DNA of 64,000 nucleotides, taken from an uncultured delta proteobacterium. GTDB taxonomy: Bacteria > Desulfobacterota > Desulfobacteria > Desulfobacterales > Desulfosalsimonadaceae. Where the stretch lies: NCBI GenBank assembly GCA_963826785.1, contig CAWGYD010000004.1, positions 192,001 to 256,000 of the forward strand, in the 5' to 3' direction. Made by a program: the position numbers and the translations under genes. Positions 59,646 to 64,000 of the stretch are shown piece by piece (within the stretch, counting starts at the first letter, position 1; every line of letters starts with the position of its first letter). The notes beneath the pieces were generated by a model. It did not search any database. It saw only the letters and a program-made list of their open reading frames with translations, and had not been told where the DNA came from.

Positions 59646-61151
59646 ATGGGTAATTTTGCGGAATACGACCAATACGACGGCACGGGTTTGGCCGAACTGG
59701 TACGGCAGGGGCGCATTACCCGTGCGGAGCTTTGCGAGGAAGCCATAAGCCGTGCGGAGAAGATCAATCCGGGATTAAACGCCATCATCACGCCGCTGTA
59801 TGAGTTTGCCCGGCAGGAGGCGTTGCAGGTCGATACGGATGCACCGTTTTGCGGGGTCCCATTTTTACTCAAGGATGCCCATCACGCCTTAAAAGGTTAT
59901 GCCATGGGTTCCGGAAGCCGGGTGTGCAAAGGCAGGGCGTCCGATCATGATGCGGAGATTGTAAAGCGGTTCAAGGCCGCCGGACTGGTGATCATGGGGA
60001 AGACCAACACCCCGGAATTCAAGCTCGCCAGTGTCACCGAACCCGAGGCGTTCGGGCCGACGCGCAACCCCTGGGACACCCGGTATACACCCGGCGGCTC
60101 CAGCGGCGGGTCGGCTGCGGCCGTGGCCGCCCGCATCGTCCCCCTGGCGTCGGCAACGGACGAGGGGGGCTCCATCCGCATTCCCGCGTCCTGCTGCGGG
60201 GTATTCGGCCTTAAACCCAGCCGGGGACGAAACCCGGTGGGGCCGGATCTCAGCAATGACTGGGGCGGAATGTCCACCAGCCACGTGATCACCCGCAGCG
60301 TCCGGGATTCTGCAGCCGCACTCGATGCGGTTTCCGGTCCGGAGCCGGGCGGGCGCTGTTCCCCGCCCGGGCCGGAAGGGACTTTTCTCCATTCCCTGCA
60401 GACAGATCCCGAACCCCTGATCATTGGCTACCATATGCGGTCCGCATACGGCAGGCAGGTCCACCCGGAATGTGTAAAGGCGGTGGAGCAGACGTGCAGA
60501 CTTCTGGAAGAACTGGGGCACCGCGTGGAAGAGGTCGATCCCGGCTACAGCGAAGAAGCGGTGGCGCTTAACTGGCTCATCATCGTCGTTGGCCACCTGG
60601 CCGGGCAGGTGGAAACACTGGCAAAACTTCACGGCCGCCGGGCCGTCGAGCAGAATATCGAGTTGACTTCTTATGCTTTATACCGGCTCGGCCAGCGGAT
60701 CAGGGCTTTCGATTACATCAGGGCCAGGGAGCAATGGCAGGTGCTCAGGCGCATCATGGACCAGAAATTGGTACGCTATGATATGATCCTTTGTCCGACT
60801 ATGGGGCTGCCGCCGGTGCCCGTGGGTTCCCAGAAGCCGAAAAAAGCCGATGAGATCGCCATGAAAATCCTTGCCTCAGTTGCGGGCAAAGTCGTCATGG
60901 GCAGCCGGAAATTGACGTATTCCATCCTGGGGGAAATCTTGAACAACACCATGAAAAGGCAGATGCTTTATACCATGATCGCCAATGTCACCGGCCTGCC
61001 GGCCATGTCCGTGCCCTTGCACTGGACAGGTAACGGCCTTCCCTGCGGGGTTCAATTCATGGGGCGTTTCGGCGATGAGGCAGGCCTGTTGAAGCTGGCT
61101 GCCCAGTTGGAAAGCGCCCAGCCCTGGGCGGATCGGAAACCGGTGGTATAA
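59646..61151 (+). CDS. Amidase-signature family protein
   Basis: [42 protein letters not shown]; start at MGNFAEY after GGAG. Confidence 0.92.
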   Translation: MGNFAEYDQYDGTGLAELVRQGRITRAELCEEAISRAEKINPGLNAIITPLYEFARQEALQVDTDAPFCGVPFLLKDAHHALKGYAMGSGSRVCKGRASDHDAEIVKRFKAAGLVIMGKTNTPEFKLASVTEPEAFGPTRNPWDTRYTPGGSSGGSAAAVAARIVPLASATDEGGSIRIPASCCGVFGLKPSRGRNPVGPDLSNDWGGMSTSHVITRSVRDSAAALDAVSGPEPGGRCSPPGPEGTFLHSLQTDPEPLIIGYHMRSAYGRQVHPECVKAVEQTCRLLEELGHRVEEVDPGYSEEAVALNWLIIVVGHLAGQVETLAKLHGRRAVEQNIELTSYALYRLGQRIRAFDYIRAREQWQVLRRIMDQKLVRYDMILCPTMGLPPVPVGSQKPKKADEIAMKILASVAGKVVMGSRKLTYSILGEILNNTMKRQMLYTMIANVTGLPAMSVPLHWTGNGLPCGVQFMGRFGDEAGLLKLAAQLESAQPWADRKPVV

Positions 61152-61197
61152 TCTGGAAAAATGATCTGGAAAAATGATATGGAAAACAGACGGCCGT

Positions 61198-61914
61198 CTA
61201 CCACCTGATCTGGATCAGAAATCCCGTGCCGTGGGGCACCACCGAAACCTGCGTACCCCTGGAAGCCCTGCCGGAGACCATTCTCTGATAGGCTTCCCAA
61301 TCCTTTTCCGGCGCCGCCGGCTGGGTCAGGATAAACACTTCGCCCCCCAGCGTCCCGGTGAGCGCCGTGACGGCGCCCTGGCCGGTATCTCCGGCAATGG
61401 CGGTGGCGGCACCGGCCGCGGTGTTGAGAAGAAGGTTGGCCAGGTGCTTGGTCCAGTCATGGCGCTCGGCCGCCCGTTCGGCGGTGGCGTGAAAAAGATT
61501 TTCCGCCGCATGCAGCTTGGCCAGTTTTTCCTCCCGGGTGGATTGGGGAAGATCGCGGATGGGATCGGCGCCGTGACGCGCATGAAGCGGCCGGAAGACC
61601 AGGTCCGCCACCCCGATGGCCCCCAGGGTCGACTGGCCGATGTAGTTGACGCGATTATCCGTTTCGTCCGCATTGCTGGCCGCGATGGCGTTGCCCACCA
61701 GTGATCCGCCGTTAATGGCCATCCAGCTCCAGTACCAGACCTGGCCGTGGAATTTGTAGGAGTCCAGACGCTCTTCGATAAAGCCGATCCGCTGATCGAT
61801 GACTTCATCCGACAGGGCGGCATCATTTGATGCGCCGGTCATGACCGCAAACGAAGTCTGCGCCGCACTGAAACAAAAGATCAGGACCAGCAGTCCTGCC
61901 GCCAAATTTTTCAT
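61198..61914 (-). CDS. Hypothetical exported/membrane protein
   Basis: Signal peptide, several Gly/Ala-rich hydrophobic helices, C-terminal GFLIQIRW. Confidence 0.6.
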   Translation of the reverse strand: MKNLAAGLLVLIFCFSAAQTSFAVMTGASNDAALSDEVIDQRIGFIEERLDSYKFHGQVWYWSWMAINGGSLVGNAIAASNADETDNRVNYIGQSTLGAIGVADLVFRPLHARHGADPIRDLPQSTREEKLAKLHAAENLFHATAERAAERHDWTKHLANLLLNTAAGAATAIAGDTGQGAVTALTGTLGGEVFILTQPAAPEKDWEAYQRMVSGRASRGTQVSVVPHGTGFLIQIRW

Positions 61915-62112
61915 ATATTCCCCCACAAAAGATTTTGCTGTACTTTGATTTCATTGCAGATCTGGAATAAAACAAACTTTAAAAAAAGAATGTTACACAA
62001 ATTGATGGGTGTCAAATGAGCGGCAAATCAGTTGTGTATTATTCATAAACGAAGCCTTGAAGGGCGTATGGACAAGAAATTTTTCGGGCAGCCCGGCACC
62101 GTATATTTCGAT

Positions 62113-62141
62113 TTGTCAAATTCTACAGGTGTGGGTATAAA
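62113..62141 (+). promoter_or_regulatory. sigma70-type promoter of the glycyl-radical enzyme fragment
   Basis: TTGTCA-17-TATAAA; AGGAG RBS before ATG 62206. Confidence 0.55.
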
Positions 62142-62205
62142 TGATGCGAAGGATCGTTTTTAGTGTACTCTTTTCTATAACCGTCACCTGACAGGAGATC
62201 AAAAA

Positions 62206-62586
62206 ATGATAGCTGAAACCGCTTCATTGAGGACCGCGCGGCTGAAGGAAGAACTTTTGTCCTGCCGTTATGAGATCTGCATTGAACGGATGAAGTATTT
62301 CACCGAAGCGCATCGGCAGAATCCCCAGGCGCCTGAGGTGATCCGGAGAGCTGAAGGGGTGGCGCGAACGCTGCAGAAGATGACCATTTTTATCAGAGAG
62401 GATGAACTGCTGGTGGGAAACGAAACCGGGAAAAACCTGGGGGAGAAGGTTAATCTCGACCTGCAGCGATTTTATGAAGGGCTCGATAAGCGAGACACCT
62501 ATGCGGAAGGCTGGAAAATCATATCTGAAAAGAATCACTGGTATTCGGACGGGGAAGACTCGATGTCCCGGCGGGTGATCGGGTAG
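62206..62586 (+). pseudogene. N-terminal fragment of a PFL-family glycyl radical enzyme
   Basis: R..RLKE....ICIER....TE......P.VIRRA........I.I..DELLVG motif; only 126 aa (family is about 800 aa), last residues run antisense into the Hsp33 gene. Confidence 0.75.
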
Positions 62587-63371
62587 GCTTTCTTGCAGTA
62601 TTCACAAACGACTTCCAGATCGTCTTGCCCCGGAAGAAAAAGGGCTTCATTGCTGGATCGGGCAAAAATTTTGAGATTTTCGATCATCTGCTCCTTTGAG
62701 CACCCGCACTTGAATTCGACGACTTTGTCGCCCAGGAATTTAAATCCATATTCTGCCATTTCTTGGGTGATCAGCGCTTTATCCGTCAGGGCCTTTTTAA
62801 AAATTTCCTGCAACGGCCCGCTGTACCGGGCAAAGGCTTCATCCAGGTCCGCGGGTTCCTCTTTTTCCATCAGGGGCAGCTGGTAGAGCATGAAGCTCTG
62901 GTCGCTGTCTTCGGAGATGAATATCCGGCTTTTGACCTGATACGATCGGGAAAGCATGAGGTTGATGATCTCGTTGACATCGGCCCCGTCGATTTCGATG
63001 ATGGACTGGTAGGGCATTTCGGAACTGGGCAGAAATTTGAGCATCCGCAGCTTCCCGTCGATGGTGTCCGGTGCATCATCTAAGGAATCCGAAAAGATCA
63101 TCCCCCGCATCAGCCCCATGTCATTCATTTCGATTTTGAGCCGGAAATAAGGGTCTTCCGAATCGATGTAGAAACAAAATGTTTCCCCCGGCTTTAAAAA
63201 TCCGAGCATGAGTTGGACGGACAGCACCATGGGCCGGAATATAGTGAATTCTGCCGGCCTCAGGTTCTGGGTCAGGACCAGGTCATAAATCAGCCGCTGG
63301 CCTTCCAGGAAGTAGAGGGCAAATCGCTTGTCCTTATCGATAAATGTATATAATCGGCTTTGTTTCAGCAT
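62535..63371 (-). CDS. hslO: Hsp33-family redox chaperone
   Basis: C-terminal zinc centre FKCGCS...VVCEYC; YQSII; divergent N-terminus. Confidence 0.72.
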   Translation of the reverse strand: MLKQSRLYTFIDKDKRFALYFLEGQRLIYDLVLTQNLRPAEFTIFRPMVLSVQLMLGFLKPGETFCFYIDSEDPYFRLKIEMNDMGLMRGMIFSDSLDDAPDTIDGKLRMLKFLPSSEMPYQSIIEIDGADVNEIINLMLSRSYQVKSRIFISEDSDQSFMLYQLPLMEKEEPADLDEAFARYSGPLQEIFKKALTDKALITQEMAEYGFKFLGDKVVEFKCGCSKEQMIENLKIFARSSNEALFLPGQDDLEVVCEYCKKAYPITRRDIESSPSEYQ

Positions 63372-63401
63372 TTTGGTTCTCGCAGAAGAGTCTGTCTCAT
63401 A

Positions 63402-63998
63402 TTACTGCCACGTCACCTGCGGTTTATTGCGCAGCGGCATGCGCTGGTACCTGTACCTGGGATAGCCGACCATCATGGCGCCGAAACTGGTATGGCCATC
63501 CGGGAGCGCCATCGCCTTTTGCAGGGGCGGCCATAATGCGGCGGCCGCCTGAAAGAAACCGCCCCAGCAGGTCCCCAGGCCCAGCGAAGGGGCCGCAAGA
63601 TCCAGATAGGTCAGGGCGATGGTGCAGGCGGTCTGGGCGGTTCGGTCCGCACTGTTCCCATGGGCGATGATCAGGTGCGGCGCATCCCGGCAGATGATAT
63701 CCACACCGGCCTCCCATGCAGCCACCACCATGTCCATGTGCATGAGGCCGGCCATCTCGGGATGTTCCTTGATCATGTATCTCATCCAGTCGGCCACCAT
63801 CGAGATCAGGCGTTTGAGTTCATCCCGGTCATAGATCACATGCCATTTCACCGGCTGGGTATTGTGCCCGGACGGCGCAAAAGAGGCCATTTCGATTAAT
63901 TTTCCGAGCGCCTCCCGGTCCACGGTTTTTTTCTGATAGACCCGCACCGATCTCCGGGAGCGCAAAAAATGCGCCGTCTGATCCGGGTCGGTCAGCCA
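63402..63998 (-). CDS. Nitroreductase family protein, 5' end beyond the window
   Basis: FLRSRRSVRVY, APSGHNTQP, LGLGTCWGG, GYP; frame open to the window edge. Confidence 0.88.
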   Translation of the reverse strand, partial: WLTDPDQTAHFLRSRRSVRVYQKKTVDREALGKLIEMASFAPSGHNTQPVKWHVIYDRDELKRLISMVADWMRYMIKEHPEMAGLMHMDMVVAAWEAGVDIICRDAPHLIIAHGNSADRTAQTACTIALTYLDLAAPSLGLGTCWGGFFQAAAALWPPLQKAMALPDGHTSFGAMMVGYPRYRYQRMPLRNKPQVTWQ

Positions 63999-64000
63999 CT

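Noticed and set aside
61151..61189. Three tandem 13-bp repeats ATCTGGAAAAATG
   Set aside because: No spacers and no cas genes; a short slippage duplication, not CRISPR

Overview
A 64-kb GC-rich bacterial chromosomal segment. Gene content and style suggest a Desulfobacterota/deltaproteobacterial anaerobe; this is an inference from gene content only. Core genes: rhlE-type DEAD helicase, mutL, gatCA, argS, epmA, glnE, glnB, rnd, thrS, Hsp33. Main accessory features: (i) a GntR/FadR-led operon with a LIV-type ABC importer, a 4Fe-4S protein, an aldehyde:ferredoxin oxidoreductase, a BetA-like choline dehydrogenase and a TorF-like porin, a candidate choline-to-betaine route with AOR in place of BetB; (ii) an OTR-family cytochrome with 10 CxxCH motifs and tandem PKD domains behind a sigma54-type promoter, carrying the same TGGTAGTACCA motif found before the GntR operon; (iii) an AT-richer patch after thrS with a decayed RAYT transposase, hicB-hicA, a DUF5615 toxin remnant and vapBC; (iv) a hydantoinase-A/HDAC/epmA run; (v) a glnE-PilZ-glnB-NifA-like-GGDEF neighbourhood; (vi) a TolC/TetR/EmrAB efflux operon, a truncated glycyl-radical enzyme gene and several palindromic MITE/REP-like repeats. 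Six genes, including the normally essential gatA, carry single-base indels, most likely uncorrected long-read errors. No rRNA, tRNA or CRISPR array was seen. All family assignments are by motif recognition; no database search was run.
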